From assembly GCA_964016885.1 (NCBI GenBank), contig OZ024742.1:186000001-186064000 (forward strand): a DNA stretch of 64,000 nucleotides. The letters are read 5' to 3'. The notes beneath the pieces are model-generated. The model was not told the DNA's origin and searched no databases. It was given only the letters and a program-made list of their open reading frames with translations. This stretch comes from Eledone cirrhosa (lineage: Eukaryota). Below, in pieces: positions 1 to 11,840 of the stretch (its first letter is position 1; every line of letters starts with the position of its first letter). A program made the position numbers and the translations under genes.

Positions 1-111
1 TTTAAGGGGAAACCTTAAAAAAGCGTTGAGTGGATTGAAATTCTCAGAAAATGTAGAAAATCTCTAACGCAGAAAATAATTGTAAACACAGTCAATTGCT
101 ATAAATAATAG

Positions 112-310
112 CTTAGAAAATCGAGTAAAATACCCCTACAGACGGAAAAAGTGGCCAGCAGCCACTGCAGAGAATCTAACTTTGTACCTCTCAAATTCCG
201 GCAAAATGCTGTGTCCCATGGAGCTAAACGACCCCAATGCTTTGATCCTCTGTAACCGCTGCTGGCCACTTTATTTCCGTTTGTAGTGGTATTCTGTCCG
301 ATTTTCTAAG
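112..310. repeat. Imperfect inverted repeat, ~68-bp arms and ~60-bp spacer (MITE-like or fold-back relic)
   Basis: cttagaaaatcg...gtggccagcagc...cagagaatc (112-178) is the approximate reverse complement of gatcctctg...gctgctggccac...cgattttctaag (244-310). Confidence 0.7.
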
Positions 311-784
311 GTAATGGTTTAAAAGGGGAGGCAAGGATTTAGACAACTAGTGAAGGATTTAGACGGGGAGTGAATGGTTTAGTCAGAGAGGGAAGAACAG
401 TCAGTGTCCATGGTCTCCAGAACTGGTGCGAAGAAAGGTGGAACCTCTTCTGAAATCGAAGGCTTGACCCGAATACTTGCAACAGAGTAGACTCCGCAAA
501 ATGTGCCCAACGGTCAGGTGTTGGTGTTAAGTCTAACACATAGACTAATGCGTCATATCCCATCTCTGACACTGAACTGAATCCATTTCCAGGACACTTA
601 ATTTTATTGGGTGGATAAATGGATGGGTTTGGTGTCGAAGGGGTTTCGTAATGACATAGAGCGTGTCTTAAGATTTTTTTAACCTTGCGGAGTCCATCCC
701 TTTCCAGATCTAAACACAGCCGATTTCTTCCAGAAGAGAGAGAGAGTGTTTGATAGAACGGAAGCTAGAAAGAAATATAGAGAA

Positions 785-950
785 ATAATCAACCCCAGTG
801 CTGGACTGATACTTTTTTATCGACCTTGAAAGGATAAAAAACAAAGTTGGCTTCGGCGAGTTTTGAACTCAAAGCGCAGAGAGCCTAAACGAATGCCACA
901 AAGTATTCTATCCAATATTAGTATCTTAACAACGTTGCCAATTCTCCGCC
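785..950 (-). mobile_element. Degenerate tRNA-derived SINE (MetaSINE/octopus OR-like)
   Basis: Reverse complement reads ggcggagaattggc...gagttcaaa (B box)...tttttatcctttcaaggtcgataaaaaagtatcag, matching the copies at 6666-7078. Confidence 0.75.
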
Positions 951-1510
951 TGGTACAATGTATACAATGTATCTTATGTAAATGAAAAGTCCATTAATGT
1001 GCATATAATTGACGAAGGGATTCGTGATATATTTAAATCATAGATTCACATCACGGTTATTTTCAATCTAACATCACGTTCATAGTTCTGAACTTCCCCC
1101 TCAAAAAATCATAACATCGTCATCGTCTTACATACAAATTACTAAAAAAAACATAACGCTTATGTATCAAAATAGCTTTTATTTGTCTGTCTTTCCATTA
1201 GTTATTTCTCTCTGACTTGCATATCTTCCGCAACCAAGATAGATTAAATGCATCTTACATATAAAAAAAAAAAAAAAGCAGGAAGCATTACAGTCGAAGA
1301 ATAATGACTTAAAACTGTCGACATTCATTTATAAATTGAATACAAGCTTTCGATTTAATTAAAAACATCTCGTTAAAATTAAAATAAAATGCAAATTGAA
1401 ATGTATCCTATTCAGAAAATAGAATAATATTTTTTGACATCTAAAAATTGAAATCAATTTGATCATTTTAATGTTAATCTATAAACAGCAAGTGGAATAA
1501 AACGTTGTAT

Positions 1511-1884
1511 GTTGTTGATTTGTATTAGATGTAGTGTCTTTAAGAAATGTTGATTTGTATTAGGTGCATATATTATGGGCTCATTTGGAGTCGTAGTGAA
1601 AAACAGCGTACCATGGGTATTTTAAACCTCTAGGTCTGAATACAGTCATTTATTTCGAGAGGAGTAATAGAGAGGAAATGAAAAACAGATATAGAAAAAA
1701 GATTTACCCCAAAACTGGACTATTACATATAGTATCTTTAAGAAAGGTTGGTTTATATTAGATACAATGTCTTTAAGAAATGTTGGTTTCTATTAGATAT
1801 AGTGTCTTTAAGAAAGGTTACTTTATTTTAGATATAATGGCTTTAAGAAAAGTTGATTTGTATTGGATATAATGTCTTTAAGGG
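1511..1884. repeat. Degenerate 35-bp minisatellite (~tattagatatagtgtctttaagaaaggttgrtttg) with a ~150-bp interruption
   Basis: About 1.5 copies at 1511-1568 and about 5 copies at 1720-1884, with ctttaagaaa recurring every 35 bp. Confidence 0.75.
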
Positions 1885-1933
1885 AATTACGATTGTCACT
1901 TATTCTCACACTTCTGAATAAGAAAAGAAAGAA

Positions 1934-2112
1934 AGATAGCACAAAGTGCAGATCGCAAAACAGTGTAGATAGACCAGTATAGATAGCACGACAGTGTAAA
2001 TAGCAACACAATGTAGGCGGTAACACAGTGTAAGATAGCAACACGGTGTAGCGTAGCACTTCAGTGTAGTGTAGAAATACAGTGTAGAAAGCAACATCAT
2101 GTAAATAGCAAC
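1934..2112. repeat. Degenerate ~17-bp minisatellite (agatagcaacacagtgt)
   Basis: About 10 diverged tandem copies, e.g. agatagcacgacagtgt, aaatagcaacacaatgt, agatagcaacacggtgt. Confidence 0.7.
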
Positions 2113-2114
2113 AT

Positions 2115-2545
2115 ATCTATCTATCTATCTAAGGCGGGTAAAATTCCCGAGATCCATGGACGAGTTCTCTCCAGCGGTCTCTGTCCCTCATTATCGCTGC
2201 CATGTCCTGCATCTCCAACAGACCAGTGTCTGTCCTTAGGGCATCAACATACGTTAACCTTGGTCTTCCTCTTCTAGTGTGTCCATGTAGGGGCTCCCAA
2301 GGGAGTACTGAGTGCAATGTCAACTCTGGATGTCGGTGAGCATGTCCAGCTAACCTCAGTCTCCTCTGTGTCACTTTTGAGCTGACTCTTGGGATGCTCC
2401 CATACAGCTCTGAGTTTTTCATCCTCAGTGTATACTGATTAATGTTCAGAGCCATCCTCAGCATTCTCGTATAGCACCCATCCACCATCTGAGTGAGCTT
2501 CTTGGTCAGTGTCCAAGTCCCAGACCCATACAGCAACATAGTGAG
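2115..2545 (-). mobile_element. 5'-truncated non-LTR retrotransposon (RTE/RTE-X-like), C-terminal ORF2 with (TAGA)n tail
   Basis: Translation LLYGSGTWTLT...DGCYTRMLRMALNI...RRLRLAGH..RH....WEP.HG...RGRP..TYVD.L..DTG is the typical post-RT C-terminus of RTE-group LINEs. The stop codon runs into tagatagatagatagat. Confidence 0.85.
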
Positions 2546-3321
2546 CCAATTCAGAACATTATTGGTGTGTTTCATATCAGCCCTATAGAGATGGAAATCG
2601 AAATTGATTGTGAAAGGATTTGAAACCAAGACAAACATAAAAGAACGTATATAAATATCGTAAGGTATATATCTACATTCCTCATTGCACAGCTGGTAGA
2701 CATTTCTAAGTGCCTGTAAATATTCTAGATGACAAACCACGCCTATCCTCTCTAACACTCACTGCCCTGTATAATAAACGTTATTTATCATGACTTATTC
2801 AGAAGATGAAGGACAGACCCCATAATTCTCTTCATAATTCTTTTCACAAAGGGAGGAATTTATTCTTAAACTGTAACCCTGGCTTAAAAGCTTGCATCAG
2901 AATAAACTATGTTAAAGCTACTTAAGGACTAGGTGGTGACGTTAAACCGGATGACGGATTAAGTATACCACTCAAAACGAGAAACAACCTCTCCGACAGG
3001 TTTTATCAACCAAATTTCGCCCATGGTTTTAATAGTTTCGACTTTTACTCAAGGTATCACACAGTGGTATCGAATTCAAAGACAAGTAATTGCGGAGAAA
3101 ACTTCTTAATACAACAGGGCATGATAATTGGTGTGATGCCGTGAAACTTAAAAGGTGACATAACAAAGAAAGCAACTCTTTATCTTCCTTAGAGTGGTAA
3201 ACTTTGTTAGCAGAAACCATCGTAAACGGGGGAAACAATGACAAACGGAAAATTTCTGATAACATATGTTTGTTGCTATGAAGAAATCCCCGAGAAAGGC
3301 TTAAAAGAAAGCAAAAAGTGA

Positions 3322-3390
3322 ATATATATATATATATATATATACATAGAGAGAGATGGGGAGGGAGATAGAGACAGAGAGAGAGAGAGA

Positions 3391-3470
<80 letters not shown>

Positions 3471-3487
3471 TTGGGAGATGGTGTATA

Positions 3488-3527
<40 letters not shown>
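3322..3527. repeat. Compound microsatellite (TA)n-(GA)n-(TA)n
   Basis: Seen directly. It accounts for the low-complexity ORFs predicted here. Confidence 0.95.
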
Positions 3528-3528
<1 letters not shown>

Positions 3529-4204
3529 AGTGTATGTCATTTCCAGTCGATATTTGTTTCAACAAAGCCGATATATTTACCAAATTGATACCTTGAAGGT
3601 CATTCATTTATTCATCTGATATCTAGTGGTGTGTATGAAGAAATCTCTTTGAAGAAGTTGCAATAGAAATATTGACTCAAATATGTCGTGTACAGAATGG
3701 AAGAGGTTCTCGCTGGTCGTAAGCTGCAAACATTTCAATGAAACAAGTAAATTGACTTTATGTTTGTTGTTGCTGTTATTATTGTTGTTGTTTTTTTGTT
3801 TGTTGTTGTTTTGTTGTTGTTTTTCTGGAATTCCAGAATATGAACCGTATGTTCTTGAAATGAAAAGCTTGGGATGTCTATGTCTTTAATATATTAAGAA
3901 CAATAAGGAATATGGAGCCAGGGACAGGAATAAAAGAAGAAATGAGAAAGGAAATAACAGAAGCGTGTGTGTGTGTTTTTTTTATATGTTTAAAAGGGTA
4001 TATATACATGTGTGTGAATGTAGGGGTGTAAGAGAGAGAAGGAGAGAGAGAGAGAGCGGGGGGTTAAATCTTCAGGGATATACCAATACTACGATCTACA
4101 AATATTGTTAAAGCATTTTCACTCATTTTTTTAGGTATGTTTTGTTTTCGAAGAAAAGAAACAACATATTTATCAAACCTTGAATAAATTATTATTATTA
4201 TTAT

Positions 4205-4266
4205 GATAAAATAAAGTACCAGTAATGCACTGGGTAATTGCTGGCCTTGTGCCTAAAGTAGAAACA

Positions 4267-4317
<51 letters not shown>

Positions 4318-4318
4318 G
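4205..4318 (+). mobile_element. 3' fragment of the SINE family with (ATT)n tail
   Basis: gataaaataaagtaccagtaatgcactgggtaattgctggccttgtgcctaaagtagaaacaatt is nearly identical to 6790-6856 and is followed by (att)n. Confidence 0.85.
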
Positions 4319-4319
4319 T

Positions 4320-4540
4320 TCTTTGAGTCTCAGTCATTGATGTTAGTTAACTGGAAAGTTTGTTAAAATGAATATCAAGCCACTACCTGCAGCCTCAGAT
4401 ATTCAGGACGTATCGGAGGGTTCTTGCTGTTCCCAGCAAGCATACCTTTGAAGAGTTCCAAAAAGCGTGGCGGGTCAATTTTCTTTAACCATCCCTGGAA
4501 ACTTTTTGAGATAGTACCTAGTGCACCTATGACAATTATT
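4320..4540 (-). mobile_element. 3' end of a restriction-like-endonuclease non-LTR retrotransposon (R4/Dong-like) in (TAA)n
   Basis: IVIGALGTISKSFQGWLKKI, then after a frameshift (caa)aggtatgcttgctgggaacagcaagaaccctccgatacgtcctg = KVCLLGTARTLRYVL. This is the typical R4/Dong C-terminus. The fragment is flanked by (TAA)n on both sides, the known Dong target. Confidence 0.7.
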
Positions 4541-4582
<42 letters not shown>

Positions 4583-6665
4583 TCTTTATTGGCCACTAGG
4601 AGGACATTATTAAAAAACCAGGGGCAGTGGGGGTTTACATAAAACGTATAAAAAGATGGCAGATAACAATAAACAATACAATTATAACAATAAATATTTC
4701 CCCAATATTGAGGAGCATCACCAAAACTATAAACCATACACATAGTATGAAGTGGCGGGGATGGCGAATTGATAGAGTCGTCAGAGTGTAAGCAAAGAGG
4801 CATTGTTCTGTTTGTTTCTACTCTCTGCAATCCCACCAAAATGACTAACTTTGCAAATCATCCTTTTGTGGTCACTAAAATAAAGTACCAATCTAGGATG
4901 ATGGATTGGCTAAAACTATTAAAGTGTCGGATGAAATGCCTTGCGATATTTGTTCTGGCTACAAATTCATCTGTGGCATACTTGGATAGTAGACTTAAAG
5001 TGTAACCATGTTTAACATCATCACCTGACCCTCGGGTGCTTTTAATTTAATCCACTCTGTTGCAAACATTCGTACCTGGTCTCCTACCCACCAGTCACGG
5101 GTCCTTGAAAAGGCTCATGGGTACTGCTCTTTACCTCCATCAGTAATCAACGAAAGAAAAACGTACATGGAAAATAAATTAAGAAGTATTATTAGTTCAC
5201 ATTAAAATGTGAAATTAAGAACTCGCTTCATTTTCGGCTTGAATAAATCTCTATTATACAGTAATTCTAATTTTATTATTGTGTAATTTTCTATAAAATC
5301 TTTGCCGTTTTCCATCCACATTGAATACTTCTAAAAATAATTCCATTAGTGAATCCATGGCCATTTTTCGATTATTCTCTAACAGCCGTAGTTGCCTATC
5401 AATACTAATGGTAGTTACTTAAATAGTTCGTTAGCTAATATAGAATCAATAATAATAGAAAATCAAGTGTAACTAATTTATCAGCGTTTCCATCTTAAAC
5501 AGACGATCTTCTTGGACAAAGAACTTCAATTAAACTCATGTACTGCCTTAAGCAAACGCTACGTATTCTCACCAAAAATACTGCTTGGTTGATTCATGAC
5601 GAGAAGAATTTTCCGAAAAAATCTTTAAAATAAAATTATTAGCTACAAAATATAATGAAACAGTAACCATATTAAATAAGAACTGCATTTTTAGTTGTTT
5701 TTTCTCTTTTTATTTTTTATTTTGTTTTCGTTTGTTTTTGTTGTTTTTTTCTGTTGTTTTTTTTTTGTTTTTTAGAAAGTTAAATGAGTTGAACAAAAAA
5801 GTGAAAGCAATGTAAATATTTAAATTAGAATTAGAAAGAAAGGAATAGAAAATCAAAATGGCACACTAGAAGAATGAAGAAATAACAATGGTGTAACAAG
5901 AGAATAACGAAACAATACATAGACTATACTGTATCAGTAGAAATAAATATCTTGATAAAAATATACATAAAGACAAAAGTGAGAACAAAATAAATAAAAC
6001 AAACAGAGATGTGTAAATAAATAAAAAATGAATTTTAAAGCGAAACTTAGCAAAAGATCAAAGATTGAATAGAAAAGGTGAGATGGAGCTGGGGGAATGT
6101 GGAGAGGGGAAATTGGGGGTAGGGGAGGAGAATAAATGGAGAGGTGGGAAGGAGAAATAGATGTTGGGAGATTGGGGAAGTGGGTATGATAAATGAAGGG
6201 AGAGAGAAATAAGGAATCGGAGAACAAAGATAAAACCTAAACAATAGAAATAAACACTAAAAATAGGGTTAGAACAAAATGGAAATTAATGTGCAAACTG
6301 GGTGATTATATAAGAAGAGATTTTTCTCCATAGTGCCTCTACCACTACTTTGTTAACGCAGGCAACTTTCCACATAACCATTACGATTCTGTATAAAATT
6401 TTAAATATTGCCTTTTCGATTAAAAAAACCTCCTTAGTTTCCTGTTTCTTCGTTTTTTTTCCCTAGTTTTGTTTCGGTTTTAACTTATTTATTTTAGATT
6501 TAACTCTCCTTTATCCAATTATACTGCTAATATTTGTTTTCATTCATTATTTTGCTTGTTTCAGAGTTAATTTCTTATTTAGCTTCTGCTGCAAATGTTA
6601 TTTCAGAACTGTTGTTTTATTGTATTATCTCCTGTTTTTTTCTGTTCATTATTTCTTTGTTTTAG

Positions 6666-6858
6666 GGCGGTGGATTGGCAGCATCGGTATAGTGTCAGAC
6701 ACCATGCTTTTCAGCATAGAGTTATGAACCTTTACGTTCTGGGTTCAAACCTCGCCGAGGTTAGCTTTGCCTTTCATCCTTACGGGGTCGATAAAATAAA
6801 GTACCAGTAATGCACTGGGAAAATTGCTGGCCTTGTGCCTAAAGTAGAAACAATTATT
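6666..6858 (+). mobile_element. tRNA-derived SINE (MetaSINE-like), short-tail variant
   Basis: A box tggcagcatcgg (6676), B box ggttcaaacc (6742), central gcctttcatccttacggggtcgataaaataaagtaccag domain, and an att tail. Confidence 0.9.
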
Positions 6859-6871
6859 TTTGTTGTTGTTA

Positions 6872-7078
6872 GGGCGATGGGTTGGCAGTATCGATAGAGC
6901 GTTGGAGGCTTTGCTTTGCAGCATAGAGTTACGGCCCTTTACGTTCTGAGTTCAAATCCCACCGAGGTTAGCTTTGCCTTTCATCCATACGGCGTCGATA
7001 AAATATAGTACCAGTAATGCACTGGGGTCGATTTAATCAAAAATTGATGGCCTTGTGTCTAAATCTGAAACCATTATT
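6872..7078 (+). mobile_element. Second tandem SINE copy, long-tail variant
   Basis: Same A/B boxes and central domain, with extra ggggtcgatttaatc before the 3' tail. Confidence 0.9.
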
Positions 7079-7351
7079 TCTTTAAAACACCATCTTTAGT
7101 TTATCTAATGAACAGCTAAAATTCCACATTGAAGAGATCACATTCAACCTAAAGGCTTTCTAAAAGTTTTAAGTAGCCGGAAATCTAATATATTATTTAT
7201 TATTTACATTGAATACGCTATTGAACAGATCAGTAAAATATCTGTCGATATATCCATCCCCACCAGAGAAATTGAAACTAGTTGAGTATCTATTGTTTAT
7301 CTGTTTACTACTTTAATACTGGTGATTTTCGTACAGATAACATTTCAGTGC

Positions 7352-7419
7352 CAGATTACAGCATATGCGGTGTGTGTGGGGTGTGTGTATATATAAATAT
7401 ATATATATGTGTGTGTATA

Positions 7420-7456
<37 letters not shown>

Positions 7457-7486
7457 CCCACACACACCACATATGCTGTAATCTGT
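7352..7486. repeat. Inverted repeat (~30-bp unique arms) around (TA)n
   Basis: cagattacagcatatgcggtgtgtgtgggg versus ccccacacacaccacatatgctgtaatctg, 1 mismatch. Confidence 0.85.
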
Positions 7487-7489
7487 AAT

Positions 7490-8224
<735 letters not shown>

Positions 8225-8251
8225 TCAATACTTAGGGTAGTAGAGTGGGTA

Positions 8252-8371
8252 ATAGGAACGAGTAGGACCCCGACGGCTGAGCTCAAGCCGTTTCGACGGC
8301 TAATTCTGGACGTCCAGAATTAGCCGTCGAAACGGCTTGAGCTCAGCCGTCGGGGTCCTTCTCGTTCCTAT
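8252..8371. repeat. Spacerless palindrome (60-bp arms, 1 mismatch) carrying the 3' part of a hammerhead ribozyme in each arm
   Basis: Centre ctggac|gtccag (8311/8312). Reading through the centre gives gacg-tccagaattagc-cgtc GAAA cggct-tgagctc-agccg TC gggg, i.e. stem II, GAAA, stem III and a GUC site. CUGANGA is absent. Confidence 0.8.
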
Positions 8372-8393
8372 ATATATATATATATATATATTT

Positions 8394-8480
<87 letters not shown>

Positions 8481-8483
<3 letters not shown>

Positions 8484-8707
8484 ATAGTATAAAGAAAACG
8501 AAAAATCAGTGATGCATCTGGACTTAATTTATTGCGTGCTACAATTGTTCGAACGAACTACCCGTGTCTGAAAGAACCTGCAGCCGTAGAATCAGCCAGA
8601 TCCATACAGGGACCATGTCTCGAGCTACCTGCCGGCAAAACAATTGTAGCACGCAATAAATTAAGTCCAGATGCACCACTGATTTTTCGTTTTCTTTATA
8701 CTATATA
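8481..8707. repeat. Inverted repeat, 69-bp arms (1 mismatch) with 89-bp spacer; PLE pseudo-LTR-like
   Basis: 8481-8549 is the reverse complement of 8639-8707. The arms contain acaattgta and an outward-facing AATAAA. Confidence 0.85.
8563..8653 (+). ncRNA. Degenerate type I hammerhead ribozyme with long stem II
   Basis: cgtgt CTGAAAGA [cc.gcag..gtag ... ctac-ctgc.gg] AAAA caattg TA gcacg. Stem I is cgtgt/gcacg, stem III is the palindrome acaattgt, and the site is GUA. The core has a 1-nt insertion and G12>A. Confidence 0.55.
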
Positions 8708-8782
8708 CACTCTACTCTGCTGAATATCGAGTGCTAATTTTGGCATACCGCCTATGGAAGCACCAAAGCTACCATTATACAC

Positions 8783-8848
<66 letters not shown>

Positions 8849-8861
8849 GTATATATATATG

Positions 8862-8898
<37 letters not shown>

Positions 8899-9352
8899 AG
8901 GATTCCGTGTTGTGTTTAAAACTTGGCTGTTCTTGTTCCATCTAAATTCTATCTCCATTTTTGTTGTTGTTATTGTTGTTTAGTATTTTTTAAATCATAT
9001 TTAATCATATATTAATAACAGTAAAAGTTCTCAAGACAATCATCAACGCCGGTAGACTTTCACTATATTTTGACAGCTTTATGGTAAGCTGTGCTCCATA
9101 TATATCAACCAACAGTACATTAAAGGAGGTTTGTGTTTGTGGGCGTATTTCGTGCGAGTGTGTATATGTCTGTACGTGTGTGTGTGTCTGTACGTGTGTG
9201 TTGTGAGTGGTGTCTGTGTGTATGTATGTTCTGCGCTTATGTGTTTGTGTGAGCAAGAACTTGGCAGTTCTATAAATAGACGTCGATAAAATTAGTACCA
9301 GATTGAAATACATACTAGATTCGATATGATGAACTAAAACATTAAAATATAT

Positions 9353-9567
9353 TTAATATAAAGAATGGTGTGCTCATGCGCAGAGATGCTATAAAATAAC
9401 TTATAAAATAGAGTCAATTCCCTCAAAGATGGAAAAGGAAGTTGCCAATATCCGCTACCAGGAATTGAACCCCCTATCTCCCTCATATCCCTCTTTAAGG
9501 TATTCACCCTATTTTATAAGCTATTTCATAGCATCTCCGCGCATGAGCACATCGCCCTTTATATTAA
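9353..9567. mobile_element. MITE-like element, ~75-bp imperfect TIRs bounded by TTAA
   Basis: ttaatataaagaatggtgtgctcatgcgcagagatgctataaaataacttataaaatag... versus ...ctattttataagctatttcatagcatctccgcgcatgagcacatcgccctttatattaa. Confidence 0.7.
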
Positions 9568-9615
9568 CTTTAATCCCTTCAGCACTTCGTAAAAGGGGGC
9601 TGGATATATGTGTGT

Positions 9616-9654
<39 letters not shown>

Positions 9655-10021
9655 CAGAAATAACGAAAATAACAAAACAAACAACACAGTAAATGGAAGA
9701 AATATATTAGTTTAACGCTTGAAATAGCAGGAAGAGAGTCTTAACGTTTCGGGCACACAGAATATAGTGTTAAAAATAGAAGATAAATAGAAAGTAAAGA
9801 GTGATGAGAGGAAGGAACGGGGAAATAAAAAAAATGAAATGGGAAGAAAAAAACACACGTGCGTATTCAGTCGGCCATTATCCGCCTCTCTCATTTTCTA
9901 GGTGAGGTAGTGTTGGCGTGTACTACTACCGTTTTATTGTAAGCAGGGTCGATGCCATTAGTGGTGACATTACCGCTAGATTTGATTTTTTTTTTTTTAC
10001 TGTTAGATATATATACACCAT

Positions 10022-10249
10022 CAGAGAACTGCCAACCTCTAAAAACCCAAACGGGGTGTACCATGATCTTTCATGGTACTTCCCGTTTGGGTTTTTAGAG
10101 GTTATTTTAGTGCCCCAAAACAAGGAGAAATGCGGCAAAATGGGGAGATTTTACATAATGAAAGCTATACCCATTTTCACAAGGCTATACCCATTTCCAC
10201 AAAGGCTATTGAAAATCTCCCCGTCAGACGGGGAGAGTTGACAGGTCTG
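10022..10249. mobile_element. Putative MITE with CAGA..CTGCCAAC-type termini and internal hairpins
   Basis: Left end cagagaactgccaac and right end gttgacaggtctg (RC cagacctgtcaac). Internal 70-bp hairpin at 10034-10103 and ctccccgtc-a-gacggggag at 10217-10235. No clear TSD. Confidence 0.5.
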
Positions 10250-10630
10250 CTATCAGCCAAGAAATATTTTATTTTTGTTTGTGATTAATGTATGGTAGTT
10301 ATCTGTCTTTAATTTTGCACTGTTCCGTCTATTGCATGAATATCCTTGCTCGTATACTTGCTTTTAAATAATTTTGGTTGGGCAGCCCCACATGTATTTT
10401 AACCTCATTGTTTATATCAGTTATAAAACTCGTTATTGTATTGTGTTGTGTTATGAGTATTTACTCCGAAATTAATTATCTTTTCATTAAACAGGAGAGA
10501 TACAACATGGAGTCGTCTGAAGAGCTCCTACAGATCTTAGATATAATAAACAATCGGTCAACGGAATAGCCTGTATGTGCCTGATAATTCCACAACAATG
10601 TGCACTTATAACGTAATTGTTAGGAAGATT

Positions 10631-10760
<130 letters not shown>

Positions 10761-10836
10761 GGGTTCAATCGGGGATAACCCCAGTAAGTAAAGTACTCAA
10801 TATATAGCAGAGTATAAATATTTAATATAGAAATAC

Positions 10837-10917
10837 CTTCTACAGGATTAGAACTGTTTCATTCGAAGGAAATCATCAGGATTTCCTTCGAATGAAACAG
10901 TTCTAGTCCTGTAGAAG
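10837..10917 (-). ncRNA. Palindrome (38-bp arms, 5-nt loop) containing a hammerhead core
   Basis: Minus strand: CTGATGA t-ttc-cttc-gaa-t GAAA cag-ttctaatc-ctg TA gaagg. The core motifs, stem III and a GUA site are present. The 5' strand of stem I is replaced by the inverted copy. Confidence 0.7.
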
Positions 10918-10939
10918 CCATTTCTCTCTCTCTCTCTCA

Positions 10940-10983
<44 letters not shown>

Positions 10984-10993
10984 AGAGAGAGGG

Positions 10994-11100
10994 TGGAGAG
11001 GGTAGATTGGTATGCATGGGCGACTGCTGGTCATCCATAAAAAATCTTGCCCAGGTCTGTGCCTCGGAGAGGAAACTGCCAAGTGGAAATCTCATGGGCT

Positions 11101-11104
<4 letters not shown>
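10994..11104 (+). mobile_element. 3' fragment of a second SINE family
   Basis: About 110 bp, highly similar to the reverse complement of 12816-12926, and ends in (TA)n. Confidence 0.7.
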
Positions 11105-11156
<52 letters not shown>

Positions 11157-11160
<4 letters not shown>

Positions 11161-11531
11161 TAGTCTATGAATGTAAGGTTATCACTGATACCAATTCCTT
11201 TACCTATTTTGGTTCCACCTCCACCTCCTTCAAAGCTAGATTTTATAATCACAATTCGTCTTTTAGATACCAACTTAAAAGAACTAACACGGCACTCTCG
11301 GAACTCATATGGTCCTTGAAAGACAAAAATATTAACTATAACATCTCTTGGAGGAAGGTTTGTTCTGCCTTTCCTTACCTGAATTCTTCCCTATCCAGAA
11401 CATGTAATCTCTGCCTAGCCGAGAAATTTACCATTATATCTAATTTCAATTCTATAATAAATAGATGCACGGATTTATTTTCTCTCTGCTTGCATAAATT
11501 CCACAGAACATTCCATAAAGTATACAGCTAA
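11157..11531 (+). pseudogene. Penelope-like element GIY-YIG endonuclease, C-terminal fragment (possibly Hydra clade)
   Basis: LVYECKV...YFGSTSTSFKARFYNH..SF.......TALS..IW.LK......I.W......Y......CNLCLAEK..I.....IN........C.H matches PLE GIY-YIG domains. It is 5'-truncated at (TA)n. Confidence 0.85.
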
Positions 11532-11840
11532 TATCTAATACCTTACTAGTTTAAAATCCTTTTTCTCAAAGGCGTATATATCTTTTACAAATATACCCAT
11601 CTTTCTATCTTATTTCAATATTATTTATTATATATTATATAATACAATTTACTCATTATATATCATTCCTCTTTATCATTTTCCTTTCTTCCTTTTTCTT
11701 TTTAATTTCTAACCTCTAATCTGTACCTTTTCTTCCTAACTACTTTTCAATTCTTATTATTACTCACCACAACATTATCCATTCTTCCATCTTTCCTCAT
11801 ATCATTGGCCATAAAAATTATTTTTTTAATACATTATAGT

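Noticed and set aside
2546-2758. N-terminal extension of the 209-aa ORF as part of the LINE protein
   Set aside because: RTE similarity begins only at MLLYGS (~2540). The upstream part looks like flanking sequence that happens to be in frame.
3025-3066. Hammerhead on the minus strand (ctgtgtga...gtcGAAActatTA)
   Set aside because: The core does not match CUGANGA and stems I and II cannot be formed convincingly.
6666-6760. tRNA gene (A and B boxes)
   Set aside because: No cloverleaf, box spacing is extended, and it continues into a SINE body repeated many times in the window.
10527-10545. Hammerhead starting at CTGAAGA, or the start of an exon (MESSEELLQ...)
   Set aside because: No downstream GAAA or stems, and the reading frame closes after about 20 codons with no recognisable homology.
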